A stretch of 64,000 nt of DNA from Patescibacteria group bacterium (lineage in GTDB: Bacteria > Patescibacteriota > Minisyncoccia > Phycocordibacterales > UBA9973): positions 26,505-90,504 of the forward strand of contig JBBTUY010000006.1 of NCBI GenBank assembly GCA_038063515.1, written 5' to 3'. A program made the translations under genes and the position numbers. The notes under the pieces are model-generated. The model was given only the letters and a program-made list of their open reading frames with translations, was not told the origin of the DNA and made no database searches. Positions 38,418 through 48,140 of the stretch are shown here, piece by piece; position 1 is the first letter of the stretch; each line of letters opens with the position of its first letter.

Positions 38418-40481
38418 TTACAGATAAATAGTTTTAATTCTTCCACTCTCTCCTTCTCTTTCTAATATATCACCAGGTATGTCTGAAATAAATTCTGACG
38501 GCGCATTTATTTGTCGTGATCCAAATATTGTACGATAATTTGCAAAAGATAAATACAACTTTTCTTTAGCCCTTGTTAATGCTACATAAAAAAGCCTCCT
38601 CTCTTCTTCTTTGTCGCCCTCATCTCCACTATTATGCCTCTGGTGCGGAAAAAGTCCATCTTCGAGTCCAACGATAAAAACCTCTTTAAATTCAAGCCCT
38701 TTTGCCGCGTGGACGGTCATGAGTTTTACACCACTGTTTTTTTTGAGCAAGGGGAGTCCTTGCTCATTTTTCTCTTCGTTAATGATTATGCTGTCTTGGT
38801 CTGAGGCAAGGGAGGCATCTTCTAAAAGCTTTTCTACTCCCCGACCATTTTCCAAATTGTCGTATTTGAGTGCGAGTGTTGCTAGTTCTTTTATGTTTTC
38901 GAGTCTTTCTATGTCCTCGTCAGTGCCGTTTGAGAGCTCGTGTTCTATGCCGGATTTTTTAATTACAAATCTTATTATGTCGCTTGCTTTTAATGTTTCT
39001 ATATTTTCTTTTATTTCTTCTAGCGTTTTATAAAAATTATCAATCTTTATTCGCATTTTTATCGGTAAGCTTTCCATGTCTCCTGAAAAAATTTTCACTA
39101 AAGTTACCTTGCCTATGCCACGTGTAGGGAAATTTATTATTCTTTTTACGTCCCCGAGACTTTGGGGATTCAGTGCTGCGCGAAGGTATGCAAGTGTGTC
39201 TTTTATTTCACGTCTCTCAAAAAATTTAATACCTAAAACTTGATACGGGATGTTGTAGCGTAGCATTGCTTCTTCGATAACTCTAGACTGGAAATTTGCG
39301 CGGTATAGTACGCATACTTCTGACAGAGACAGTAGTGCAGGTTCTGTCTCTGCGGGGTCGCTGTCTGAATCTGCTGATTCAGCGCTACCTCTCGGCTCCT
39401 CAGCCAAGGGTACTTCCCGCAAAGACAAACCTGCACTACTGTCCATAATTTCTACAATTTTTGTTGCCACAAATTCTGCTTCATCATTTTCGTCGAGTGC
39501 CTCATAGAGCCCTATTTTCTCACCTTTTTGGTTTTTAGTAAAAAGATTTTTGTCTGGGCGGTATTTGTTTTTCTTAATTATTTCATTTGCTGCTTCTAAA
39601 ATATTTTGTGTTGAGCGATAGTTTTCTTCGAGCATGACTATCTTTGCATTTGGATAATCTTTTTCAAAATTCAAGATATTTTTAATGTTTGCTCCACGCC
39701 AAGAATATATATTTTGATCCGCGTCTCCCACTACGGCTATGTTTTTATTGTCTTCTGAGAGTAATTTTGACATCAGGTACTGCACTTCATTTGTATCCTG
39801 ATACTCATCTATGTGTATGTATTCCCACTTTTCTTGGTAGATTTTTCTGATCTCTGGGTTATCCTTTAGCAAATTTGTGGCCTTTAAGAGCAAGTCATCA
39901 AAGTCGAGAGAGTTTTCTTTCATTTTCCTCTTTTCGTATAATCCCCATACTTGAGCTATTATTTTCCCTAAGGTGTTGGCACTGTTTCTCTCTATGTAGT
40001 CTTCTATTTTGGTAAATTTACCCTTTTCTCGTGAAATGACACCTTTTATTTTCTTTGGTTCATATTGCTTTGGATCAATACTTAGCTCTTTTAGTATTTC
40101 CTTTATCATTCCATTCGCATCTCCTTCATCGAGAATGGTGAAATACCTCGTCAGACCTATTAATTTCGCATTTTCTTTTATTATGTAGACTCCTAGAGAG
40201 TGAAAAGTGGAAACAAATGGTATCGTGTCTTGCTCACCTACTCCATTTGAATTTCTTTTTATTTCAGCTATGACCCGCTCACGCATTTCCTTCGCTGCTT
40301 TGTTGGTAAAAGTCACAGCGAGTATCCTCTCAGGTGCCACACCTTCTTTTATGAGGTTCACTATTCTGTGAGTTATGGTCTTTGTCTTACCTGCTCCTGC
40401 TCCTGCAACAATAAGAAGCGGCCCCTTAGTATGTAGTGCCGCTTCTTTTTGACCAGTATTTAAGCCTTTCAAATGATCCAT
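38418..40481 (-). CDS. pcrA: ATP-dependent DNA helicase PcrA/UvrD
   Basis: AGAGAGKT, TFTNKAA, DEYQDTN, VGDADQNIYSWRGA, NYRST, EEERRLFYVALTRA; start taken at MDHLKGLN. Confidence 0.97.
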   Translation of the reverse strand: MDHLKGLNTGQKEAALHTKGPLLIVAGAGAGKTKTITHRIVNLIKEGVAPERILAVTFTNKAAKEMRERVIAEIKRNSNGVGEQDTIPFVSTFHSLGVYIIKENAKLIGLTRYFTILDEGDANGMIKEILKELSIDPKQYEPKKIKGVISREKGKFTKIEDYIERNSANTLGKIIAQVWGLYEKRKMKENSLDFDDLLLKATNLLKDNPEIRKIYQEKWEYIHIDEYQDTNEVQYLMSKLLSEDNKNIAVVGDADQNIYSWRGANIKNILNFEKDYPNAKIVMLEENYRSTQNILEAANEIIKKNKYRPDKNLFTKNQKGEKIGLYEALDENDEAEFVATKIVEIMDSSAGLSLREVPLAEEPRGSAESADSDSDPAETEPALLSLSEVCVLYRANFQSRVIEEAMLRYNIPYQVLGIKFFERREIKDTLAYLRAALNPQSLGDVKRIINFPTRGIGKVTLVKIFSGDMESLPIKMRIKIDNFYKTLEEIKENIETLKASDIIRFVIKKSGIEHELSNGTDEDIERLENIKELATLALKYDNLENGRGVEKLLEDASLASDQDSIIINEEKNEQGLPLLKKNSGVKLMTVHAAKGLEFKEVFIVGLEDGLFPHQRHNSGDEGDKEEERRLFYVALTRAKEKLYLSFANYRTIFGSRQINAPSEFISDIPGDILEREGESGRIKTIYL
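39328..39443. repeat. Palindromic element inserted in frame in pcrA
   Basis: Arms GACAGTAGTGCAGGTT-C-TGTCT-C-TGCGGG / CCCGCA-A-AGACA-AACCTGCACTACTGTC with two inner hairpins. Confidence 0.82.
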
Positions 40482-40496
40482 CAATCTAATATAGCA

Positions 40497-40624
40497 TAAC
40501 AACACTCGCTGCAAGCACACTTTTTAAAAAGCCTTTCGCAGGCTGACGAGCCGAGAAGTTCGCTGGCATAGCAATGCCAGATAGATTGCTTTATAAAAAG
40601 TTGTGCTAAGGGCGAGTGTTGTTA
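40497..40624. repeat. Intergenic palindromic element upstream of pcrA
   Basis: Arms TAACAACACTCGC / GCGAGTGTTGTTA extended by AGCACA-CTTTTTAAAAAGC / GCTTTATAAAAAG-T-TGTGCT; inner hairpins GGCT-GACG-AGCC and CTGGCAT-AGCA-ATGCCAG. Confidence 0.75.
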
Positions 40625-40629
40625 ATAAA

Positions 40630-40935
40630 TTAATTTCCTATCTGCCCCATTATGTCGTTAGTATGATCTTTAAATTTGAGTGCCTCTTCTTCTATTATTT
40701 TTTCAAAATTATCTACTTTGCTATTTAGAAAATTAAATATTTCTTCAGGCTGTGCATTGTTGTCTAATATTTTCTCAAATTCATCTTGCACTTCTTCTGG
40801 TATAGTCTCCATGACACGCATGAGTACATTTTGATAAATGATACTTCCTATGTCGAGTATTTTCTTCTCTTGTTCTTCAGGTGGTAGATGGCTGAAATCA
40901 AACACATCTGTTATATTTTTTTGTATAGGGTTCAT
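40630..40935 (-). CDS. Small acidic helical hypothetical protein (DUF5663-like)
   Basis: LPPEEQEKKILDIG..IYQNVLMRV pattern recalled from CPR proteins. Confidence 0.7.
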   Translation of the reverse strand: MNPIQKNITDVFDFSHLPPEEQEKKILDIGSIIYQNVLMRVMETIPEEVQDEFEKILDNNAQPEEIFNFLNSKVDNFEKIIEEEALKFKDHTNDIMGQIGN

Positions 40936-40956
40936 ATGTTTTAGTTAAATAATAAT

Positions 40957-43566
40957 TTATTGTAGTTTTAATTTATTTAAATCTCCATTTTTTTCTGCAT
41001 ATTGCAATGCTCGTATCACATACTGTTCAGCTGTCTCAGGTTTTTTGAAGAGAATACTGCCAGATGTGTTGCTTTTTGGCTCTAATCCTGTTGTCTCATA
41101 TATCTTTTTTAAGTAATTCATTAGTGGGCTTTCTGGAACATAGTTACCATCTTTTACATTTTGAAGTAAATCCCTCACTTTAAAGGTCTTCATACTGAAC
41201 CACTCAGCTGCGTATGTGCTATTGTGTGCTTGTGTCATGTGCAATATATTTTCTTTGTAGACTTTAGCAGTTTCTGCTAGCTCCTCCGTTGTGAGGTTGA
41301 ATTCATTTTTTATAAAATCAGTGTTTTTGAGTGCTGGATTTTCTTCTAAAATTTTTGCAATATTACTTCTCGTATCTGGTGCACTACTTGTATTATTTAT
41401 ATTTCCTCCAGTCGTTGCTTCAGGAGCTTCTGTTTTAATATCTAAATTTTCTGGTTTGATAATATTATATTGACCAAATAATTTATTTCTTATATCAGTT
41501 TCTGTGAGTAATTTATCTGTTTCTAATACTTCGCTCCTTATCTGGTCTGGTGTTGCTCCACCTAGCCCTCTATGAGGATGTTCTGTTAGAATTTTATTTA
41601 TTCTTTCTTCTTGTGTAAGTATTGGTTTTGTCTCTGTTGTATCAATAACAGGACTTTCAGCTTCTGTCGGTTCTATTTGGGGTCGTTCTATATTTTGATC
41701 TTCAGCTGGCATTTCTACCGTTGGTGTATGTAGCTTTGCTACAGGTATTTCTTTTTTATGAACTGTATCGTAAGGATTATCAGGATTTTGTCCAAAATCA
41801 GCTCCGTTCGGGTTAGCATAAGTAGCTAGCACATCACCTTTTATATCTACTTCTGTAACTGTAAAATTTCCTTTTGTGTCTGCTGTAATTTGGTAGCCAA
41901 CTTTATCTGCTTCCATTATTCTAACTTCCCGACCAGTTTCTGGGTCAACATATCCTTTTTCAATAGCTATGCCATGTGCTTTGTGTTGAGCAAATATATG
42001 TAATGCTTTTTTGTCTGTGATGTCTCCCTTAAATCCTAATTTTTCTGCGAGGTCAGTATTATTTTCTATTTGTCTGATAAATGCATTCTCTATTCCTTCA
42101 CCTTGATGTACAACTGCATCATCTATAACAGCTACTTTTTCAGGAGCCACACCGTCAGGCATTTTCATTCTTCCGCCTAAGTCTGTTTCACCACTTGATG
42201 CTTTTGGAATTTCTGGTGTCGGGGATACTTTTACTATTGGTGTGGCTTCCGAGGAGGCTGATGTTACAGGAGGAGTTGTATTTGGAGCTGTGCTTGTTGT
42301 CGGTTTTTCAGCTGTTGTGTTTATATGCTTTTCAGATGACACAGGTATATCTCCTAATTCCCTTCCTATTGCTATAGATGTTGTAAGTCCTAACGCTAAC
42401 CCACCCGCTGCCTTCATCACAAGGAGTGCTCTTTTATCTTTCTTCTCCCTTCCCAAGATTTTTTCGTATTGTATTTTTGTTTGATCTAAATTTTGTATAT
42501 CAAATGTTGTACGAAGTTCTTCCGTTGTATTTTCTCTTAATTTCGTAGTGAGTTTACCAAGAGTTTTATCAACTAACATTCCCCAGCCCTTTCCTATTGT
42601 TACTGATCCAGCTACACGCGCAGCTTTTATTCCTAAAAATGTTGCTCCTTGAAGAGTTGTAGAAACTCCACCAGTAATTATTGCAAAAATAAGAGAAAGT
42701 CCTACTGAGGCAGCTAGCCTTTTTGTAGGACTTAGTTTTAAATACGCATCTAATGCTTTACCCACGAGACCTCTCTCCTTCGCTGGTAAACTTTCTGCCT
42801 TAGCTAGTATTAAAGTCTTTTGTTCTTCTATGATTATTCTTTGAAAGATTTCATTTTGTTTATAGTTATTTAAAGCTGGGTTTGTAGTTGATTGATCTAG
42901 CCCGAGCTCTTCTTGTTTTGTTTCATACATAGCTTTGCCGAGAATTATGGTGGCAGAGGTATATTCAGATTCAAGCTTTTTTAAATCTTCCGGTGTCTCA
43001 CTTTCTTTTATTGTTTTTCCAACTAAGGATTCATATGCATATCTTACCTTACCTAAAACACCCTTCCTTCTGTCTTTTATAAATTTCTGATATGCAGTAA
43101 CGTATGCATCTCTAGCCGCTGTTAATGCAGCTTCTTCTCGTGATCCGAGAACACCTTCCTGCCTTACCTTAACTCTCGTATTTTCTGTGCTTGTTCCATG
43201 GGCTAGTCTGTACAGATGTTCTTTTATTTCCTGATCTTCTTTTTTACGAGCTTCCTCTTCTTCTGGAGTTAGTTCCCAGGGATCTTTAAAATCATTTTCA
43301 TCCTCTACTGGAGGAATAAATCTTCTGACCGCGTTTACTTTTTTAGGTTCTGTTGGAACAGGGGTTGGTTCACTCTCATTGTTTACTACGGGCTGTTCAT
43401 CTACCTTTAATTCTCTTTCTAATATTGCAATCTCTGCAGCATTTTTCCTAATTCTTTCTTCCTTACTCTTATCAAGTTTCTGCAGCTGCTCTTTTAGCTC
43501 TGCCAGGTCTTTAGCCTCTTGTTCTTCCTCGGTTTGATCTTTCTTTGTATTTAAATCTTCAGTCAT
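40957..43566 (-). CDS. Large hypothetical membrane protein
   Basis: 869 aa, charged N-terminus, central Gly/Ala-rich hydrophobic segments, Thr/Pro-rich linker. Confidence 0.75.
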   Translation of the reverse strand: MTEDLNTKKDQTEEEQEAKDLAELKEQLQKLDKSKEERIRKNAAEIAILERELKVDEQPVVNNESEPTPVPTEPKKVNAVRRFIPPVEDENDFKDPWELTPEEEEARKKEDQEIKEHLYRLAHGTSTENTRVKVRQEGVLGSREEAALTAARDAYVTAYQKFIKDRRKGVLGKVRYAYESLVGKTIKESETPEDLKKLESEYTSATIILGKAMYETKQEELGLDQSTTNPALNNYKQNEIFQRIIIEEQKTLILAKAESLPAKERGLVGKALDAYLKLSPTKRLAASVGLSLIFAIITGGVSTTLQGATFLGIKAARVAGSVTIGKGWGMLVDKTLGKLTTKLRENTTEELRTTFDIQNLDQTKIQYEKILGREKKDKRALLVMKAAGGLALGLTTSIAIGRELGDIPVSSEKHINTTAEKPTTSTAPNTTPPVTSASSEATPIVKVSPTPEIPKASSGETDLGGRMKMPDGVAPEKVAVIDDAVVHQGEGIENAFIRQIENNTDLAEKLGFKGDITDKKALHIFAQHKAHGIAIEKGYVDPETGREVRIMEADKVGYQITADTKGNFTVTEVDIKGDVLATYANPNGADFGQNPDNPYDTVHKKEIPVAKLHTPTVEMPAEDQNIERPQIEPTEAESPVIDTTETKPILTQEERINKILTEHPHRGLGGATPDQIRSEVLETDKLLTETDIRNKLFGQYNIIKPENLDIKTEAPEATTGGNINNTSSAPDTRSNIAKILEENPALKNTDFIKNEFNLTTEELAETAKVYKENILHMTQAHNSTYAAEWFSMKTFKVRDLLQNVKDGNYVPESPLMNYLKKIYETTGLEPKSNTSGSILFKKPETAEQYVIRALQYAEKNGDLNKLKLQ

Positions 43567-43578
43567 AAAATATTTAAA

Positions 43579-45423
43579 TTATTTAAATTCTACCACTAAA
43601 TTCCCATTTTCTATATACATTTTATTAACTTTTCTATTTTTACCATCATTTTTCTCCACATACTCCCTTAGTATTTTACCAATTTCTCTTATTTTAGGTT
43701 CCATTTTTTCTATGATAAGACTCCTCACTATCATGTTTGCTCTAATATTTTTTTGATCAAAAGATCTTACTCCAATTTCATCACCTATATTTTCTAATAT
43801 AATGTTTATGCCAACCTTCATAGAGCCTGTGGTTGTAACTATTTCTGTATTTAAACTTAAACTATTTCCGTCTTTATTTTCGAGATTAATTTCCCTAACA
43901 GATTTTATGTTTAAGTTTTTTTTAAGCAAATTCTCTATCTCTTGTTTTATTTCCACTATTGAAAAAGTTTTTATTTTAGGTTCTTGTTCTAACAACTTAT
44001 TTTCCTTTCTTTTGGCCATTCTTCTTTCTATAGCTGTAATTTTCGCTAATATTGCCTGTCGCATCTCTTCTTCTTCCGCATCTTCTTTCTGTTGTTTTCG
44101 TAGTAGTTCTAGTCTTGCTATACGTGGGTCTATCTGAGTTGCAGCTTTTTTTTCTTTTATTTCATTTTCACCAGTTCGACGTTGTGGTGCTGGATTATAA
44201 AAACCGTATGTTACATTTGTGCCATAATCTGTTGGTTTGCCTTGCCTAATACCAATATCTTTTGTATATTTTTTTTTAAACTCAACATCTTCTTCTAAAT
44301 CTGTTTTTCCAGATGCTACTTGTGTGCTTGCGGGTGTTTTCAATTTCTCTGAATCCTTTTCAGTAAGTGCTTGTTGTATGTTTAATAAACGGTTTATTTC
44401 TTGGAGTATTTCATTTGCGGTCGGGTCATTAGTAAGATCTTCATCACTATTACCATTCCTTCTACTACTTTCATATACACCATAGAGTAAAGCTCTGGCA
44501 TTGTATTCTTTGGTTTTGAAATATTCTATTGGTTTTGAAGTCAATAATATTAAATCAGTCCTGGTATGGTATAGATTTTCTAAATTTGTTTGATTATTTA
44601 AATCCTCATCCTCTGCAATCTTTGCTCTATTTATTAAAATTTCAAATTCGTCATTGATCATTTGATCAACACTCTCTATCCCAGTAGTAGGAACTTTATA
44701 TTTCTCATAGTTAAATTCAGGAGTGATTGGTGTTGTTTCTGTCAGTACTTCCGTTGGTGCAGAGGTTGCGGCTTCCATCTTTTCGGTTCTTGCCTGTATT
44801 TCATCAGGGGTGGGATTTAAAAGTTTTATTTCCTGTGTAGGTGCTTTTTCCTTAGGTTTCGTTATGTATATATGTCGTTGTGCAGCTTCTAGTTCTTCTA
44901 TTATTTCTATATAGATATCCGAAAGTCCCTTCATATGCTGGTCAGTTTTTCCATTCTCTTTCCATTTCTTCCATATTTTTTTTCCTTCTATTTTAAAATA
45001 CTCAATAGGATTTTTAGATAAGATTTTTATTCTTCTTGATGCCTCGATCTTGCTAACCTCTTGATCTTGAAGATCACCACTAATTATTTTGATATATCTT
45101 TCTTTTGCTTCAGCAATAACTCTTTTTGTTGTCGGAGATAATTTATTTAACTCTAAAACATAAGCATAGGATGACTCGATAGGATCATCTGCTTTATAAG
45201 GAACTTTTTTATTCTTATCTTGTTTGCTTTGGTCGATGCTTTTAGGTTGTTCTACTGTAGACACTTCAGCTGTTTCAGGTATCCGTTGCATGGTACCGCT
45301 GTGTACGGTATTTGCTTCCTTAGATTCAACAGGTTCTCCACTTTCATCAACGTCAATAATAGGACTTCGTTCATAGTCATTTGAAGTTCTTTTTGTTTGT
45401 AGTAATTTTTTTTCTCCTGCCAT
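43579..45423 (-). CDS. Large charged hypothetical protein
   Basis: 614-aa ORF with internal repeat LSKNPIEYFK / LTSKPIEYFK. Confidence 0.75.
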   Translation of the reverse strand: MAGEKKLLQTKRTSNDYERSPIIDVDESGEPVESKEANTVHSGTMQRIPETAEVSTVEQPKSIDQSKQDKNKKVPYKADDPIESSYAYVLELNKLSPTTKRVIAEAKERYIKIISGDLQDQEVSKIEASRRIKILSKNPIEYFKIEGKKIWKKWKENGKTDQHMKGLSDIYIEIIEELEAAQRHIYITKPKEKAPTQEIKLLNPTPDEIQARTEKMEAATSAPTEVLTETTPITPEFNYEKYKVPTTGIESVDQMINDEFEILINRAKIAEDEDLNNQTNLENLYHTRTDLILLTSKPIEYFKTKEYNARALLYGVYESSRRNGNSDEDLTNDPTANEILQEINRLLNIQQALTEKDSEKLKTPASTQVASGKTDLEEDVEFKKKYTKDIGIRQGKPTDYGTNVTYGFYNPAPQRRTGENEIKEKKAATQIDPRIARLELLRKQQKEDAEEEEMRQAILAKITAIERRMAKRKENKLLEQEPKIKTFSIVEIKQEIENLLKKNLNIKSVREINLENKDGNSLSLNTEIVTTTGSMKVGINIILENIGDEIGVRSFDQKNIRANMIVRSLIIEKMEPKIREIGKILREYVEKNDGKNRKVNKMYIENGNLVVEFK

Positions 45424-45461
45424 GTAAGTATATTATATAACTTACATGAACAGAGGACAAA

Positions 45462-45518
45462 TTATCTCGAAGTTCCGATGAGATATTTCCTTGGATTTTC
45501 ACCGAGGTCTACGAAGTC
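45462..45518. repeat. 57-bp direct repeat, copy of the NYN gene 3' end
   Basis: Matches 46135-46191 with one mismatch. Confidence 0.92.
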
Positions 45519-45524
45519 GTTTGC

Positions 45525-45800
45525 CTAAAAAAGCTCTGAATGCGTGCCCATGTCAAATAATACCAAAACCAATTCCTGGTTCTTTATGTAATATATCAAA
45601 AGAATGTCAGGTCTTATGTGACACTCTCGAAAACCTTCAAAATTTCCTTGTAATGGATGGTCTTGATACTTACGGTCGAGCTTTTGTACAGATGCTAAGA
45701 CATCTATAACAAACTCGACTTCTTCTCTCTTGATTTTTCCTGAACGAGCTATCTTCTTGAAAGATTTTTGAAACCGTTTTGTGTAATGTCTGTAATACAT
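45525..45800 (-). CDS. yafQ: YafQ-family (RelE superfamily) mRNA interferase toxin
   Basis: TKRFQKSFKK, YQDHPLQG, RECHIRPDILLIY, GTHSELF. Confidence 0.93.
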   Translation of the reverse strand: MYYRHYTKRFQKSFKKIARSGKIKREEVEFVIDVLASVQKLDRKYQDHPLQGNFEGFRECHIRPDILLIYYIKNQELVLVLFDMGTHSELF

Positions 45801-45803
45801 ATC

Positions 45804-46085
45804 TTATTTTACCCTTTCCATGTCATCAAACATCTCTTTTGTTGAAGAGTATCTCTTGCCATGCTTTATGGCTTGTTCCGCCTCTTTTTTATATGTAGCT
45901 AGCATTTTTGGAGTGTATTTATGCATAAAGCCGAACGGGCATATATAGGTAGTACTTTTTGGGTCCCCTACCTGGGTTAAAAGATATTTTATACCAGAAG
46001 ATAAATCCAGTCCCATGTCCTTAAAAGCCTTTTTAGCTTTTGTTTTTGTGGATGCATCTATTCTTATTTGTATAGTTGTACTCAT
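45804..46085 (-). CDS. dinJ: DinJ/RelB-family antitoxin
   Basis: RHH N-terminus TTIQIRIDASTKTKAKKAFKDMGLDLSSGI, C-terminal KRYSSTKEMF; directly upstream of the toxin. Confidence 0.88.
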   Translation of the reverse strand: MSTTIQIRIDASTKTKAKKAFKDMGLDLSSGIKYLLTQVGDPKSTTYICPFGFMHKYTPKMLATYKKEAEQAIKHGKRYSSTKEMFDDMERVK

Positions 46086-46134
46086 AGCTACATCATATAT
46101 TTATGTAATGACAATGTCAATACAACAATAATCT

Positions 46135-46647
46135 TTATCTCGAAGTTCCAATGAGATATTTCCTTGGATTTTCACCGAGGTCTACGAAGTCATCTACTGC
46201 TTCTCTCAGTTTACCTGAGGTAGATTTGCCGAATGATACGACTTCTACTTGTATGCCTATGGTTTGTAAATATTCTACGAGTGGTATGAAGTCTCCGTCA
46301 CCAGAGATGATGACTACAGAGTCTAGTCGTGAAGACATCTTGATGGCATCCACTGCAAGTCCGACGTCCCAGTCTGCTTTTTTGCTTCCACCAGCAAAGA
46401 TTTGTAAATCTTTTGTTTTTGTTTCTATGCCGAGCTTGCCTAATGCTTCAAAAAAGTTCTTCTCATCCCCTGCTTCTGTGGTGATGACGTATGCGACGGC
46501 GCGCACGAGCTTTCTGCCTGCCACGGCTTCTTTTAATACTGCACCAAAATTCACTCGTGCCTTGTATAAGTTGCGAGCACAGTGGTATAGATTTTGAGTA
46601 TCGATGAAAACACCAACTCTTTGTTCTTTATGTTTTATTACTGTCAT
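46135..46647 (-). CDS. NYN domain (LabA/DUF88) protein
   Basis: VFIDTQNL, KADWDVGLAVD, ISGDGDFIPL. Confidence 0.92.
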   Translation of the reverse strand: MTVIKHKEQRVGVFIDTQNLYHCARNLYKARVNFGAVLKEAVAGRKLVRAVAYVITTEAGDEKNFFEALGKLGIETKTKDLQIFAGGSKKADWDVGLAVDAIKMSSRLDSVVIISGDGDFIPLVEYLQTIGIQVEVVSFGKSTSGKLREAVDDFVDLGENPRKYLIGTSR

Positions 46648-46678
46648 AGTTTGATTGTATCAATAAGGTATAAGTAAA

Positions 46679-46815
46679 GCAAAAATAATAAGATTTCCGA
46701 AAACCGAAATTTTTGTCGGTACAGATTTTTTGAAGTTTAAAAAATCCTGAAACTCGCGGCTCGACAGCCGCGAGACCCCTTAAAAATTTGTTTCCGGAAA
46801 TCTTATTATTTTTGC
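46679..46815 (-). repeat. Family A palindromic element, copy A3
   Basis: Reverse-orientation core; arms GCAAAAATAATAAGATTTCCG / CGGAAATCTTATTATTTTTGC. Confidence 0.9.
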
Positions 46816-46822
46816 CTAACGT

Positions 46823-46852
46823 AAAAACCATACTACATGTAGTATGGTTTTT
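46823..46852. terminator. Terminator-like perfect palindrome after rpsO
   Basis: AAAAACCATACTACATGTAGTATGGTTTTT. Confidence 0.7.
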
Positions 46853-46857
46853 CTAAG

Positions 46858-47121
46858 TTATGCTAAGTCCATTTTCTTCATGAGTGCGTTGTAGCGAGTC
46901 TTGTCCTTGCGTTCGAGGTACTTTAGGTGTGTACGTCTGTCCGCAACCATCTTTATAAGACCTCTACGAGAGTGATTATCCTTTTTATGTTTCTTTAAAT
47001 GTTTCGCAAGTTCGTCAATTGAAGTAGACAATACAGCTACCTGCACCTCTGGAGAGCCTGTATCCTTGTCATGTATCTGATTTTTCTTTATAACTGCCTG
47101 CTTTTTCTTTGTAGCTATCAT
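46858..47121 (-). CDS. rpsO: 30S ribosomal protein S15
   Basis: HDKDTGSPEVQVAVL, HKKDNHSRRGL. Confidence 0.98.
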   Translation of the reverse strand: MIATKKKQAVIKKNQIHDKDTGSPEVQVAVLSTSIDELAKHLKKHKKDNHSRRGLIKMVADRRTHLKYLERKDKTRYNALMKKMDLA

Positions 47122-47220
47122 ATGTACATAGTAGCATAAAAGTCTTTAAATTGCAAGTCCCTTACATAAGGTGTAGATATTTGATGACTCTATATACCGC
47201 ACACATGCTACAATGTATAT

Positions 47221-48138
47221 ATGGCTTCCCTAAAGCAACTCAAAACTCAGTTTCTAGAATACACAGAAATAGAAAAAGGGCGGGCTGCAAGGACTTTAGA
47301 AAATTACGATCATTATCTCAGTAGATTTTTAGCGTACATAAAGACTGACGATCCTAAAAATATAACTGATGAAAAAGTCCGTGAATTCCGTATCTGGTTA
47401 AATAGGCAATCAAATAATCACAAGAGCGACATAGAAACCCTTTCTAGGAAAACCCAAGGGTACCATTTGATAGCTATTCGTGCGTTTTTGAAATATCTAG
47501 TGAGGCAAGGAGTTGCTTCTATGGCCCCTGAGCGTATCGAGCTACCAAAGATTCCCGAACGTTCCCTCGACCTTATCACCAGAGAAGAGCTCCAAAGATT
47601 GCTCGATTCTCCGAGTACTACAGACCTGCAAGATCTGCGAGATAAGGCTATTTTAGAATTATTGTTTTCTACGGGTCTACGTGTCTCAGAATTGTGTTCA
47701 CTTACTGTTGATCTCAATCTCTCTTCTGATGAGCTCTCTATACGGGGTAAGGGTGGCAAGGTGCGTGTGGTCTTTTTGTCACCTGATGCGAAAAAACATA
47801 TAAGAGAATATCTTAAAGCTCGTAAAGACATGAGTGAAGCACTATTTGTGCAGCTTCCAGCTAAAGGAAAAGAAAATAAAAAAGAGGTAGAAGCTCTCAC
47901 GAAGAGATCAGTAGAACGTATGGTAAAACAGCGTGCAATACAGTCTGGTATTTCAAAAAAGGTTACCCCGCACGTGATACGTCACTGCTTCGCGACAGAT
48001 TTGCTAAGTAACGGTGCAGACCTCCGCTCTGTTCAGGCTATGCTTGGACATGCGAGCATATCTACCACTCAGATATATACACACGTGACTGATAAACATT
48101 TGCGTGACGTACACAAAAAGTTTCACAATAGTAAATAA
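47221..48138 (+). CDS. XerC/XerD-family tyrosine recombinase
   Basis: RDKAILELLFSTGLRVSEL, GKGGKVR, HVIRHCFAT, LGHASISTTQIYTH. Confidence 0.95.
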   Translation: MASLKQLKTQFLEYTEIEKGRAARTLENYDHYLSRFLAYIKTDDPKNITDEKVREFRIWLNRQSNNHKSDIETLSRKTQGYHLIAIRAFLKYLVRQGVASMAPERIELPKIPERSLDLITREELQRLLDSPSTTDLQDLRDKAILELLFSTGLRVSELCSLTVDLNLSSDELSIRGKGGKVRVVFLSPDAKKHIREYLKARKDMSEALFVQLPAKGKENKKEVEALTKRSVERMVKQRAIQSGISKKVTPHVIRHCFATDLLSNGADLRSVQAMLGHASISTTQIYTHVTDKHLRDVHKKFHNSK

Positions 48139-48140
48139 AA

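Noticed and set aside
40482-40520. N-terminal extension of pcrA given by the ORF track (MCLQRVLLCYIRL)
   Set aside because: It starts at GTG inside a palindromic element; MDHLKGLN matches typical PcrA starts.
46628-46831. 67-aa ORF, and likewise 57143..57328
   Set aside because: They are translations through family A elements and overlap real genes.
47221-48138. Tyrosine recombinase as a prophage or ICE integrase
   Set aside because: Size and motifs fit housekeeping XerC/D; it neighbours rpsO and no phage genes are present.
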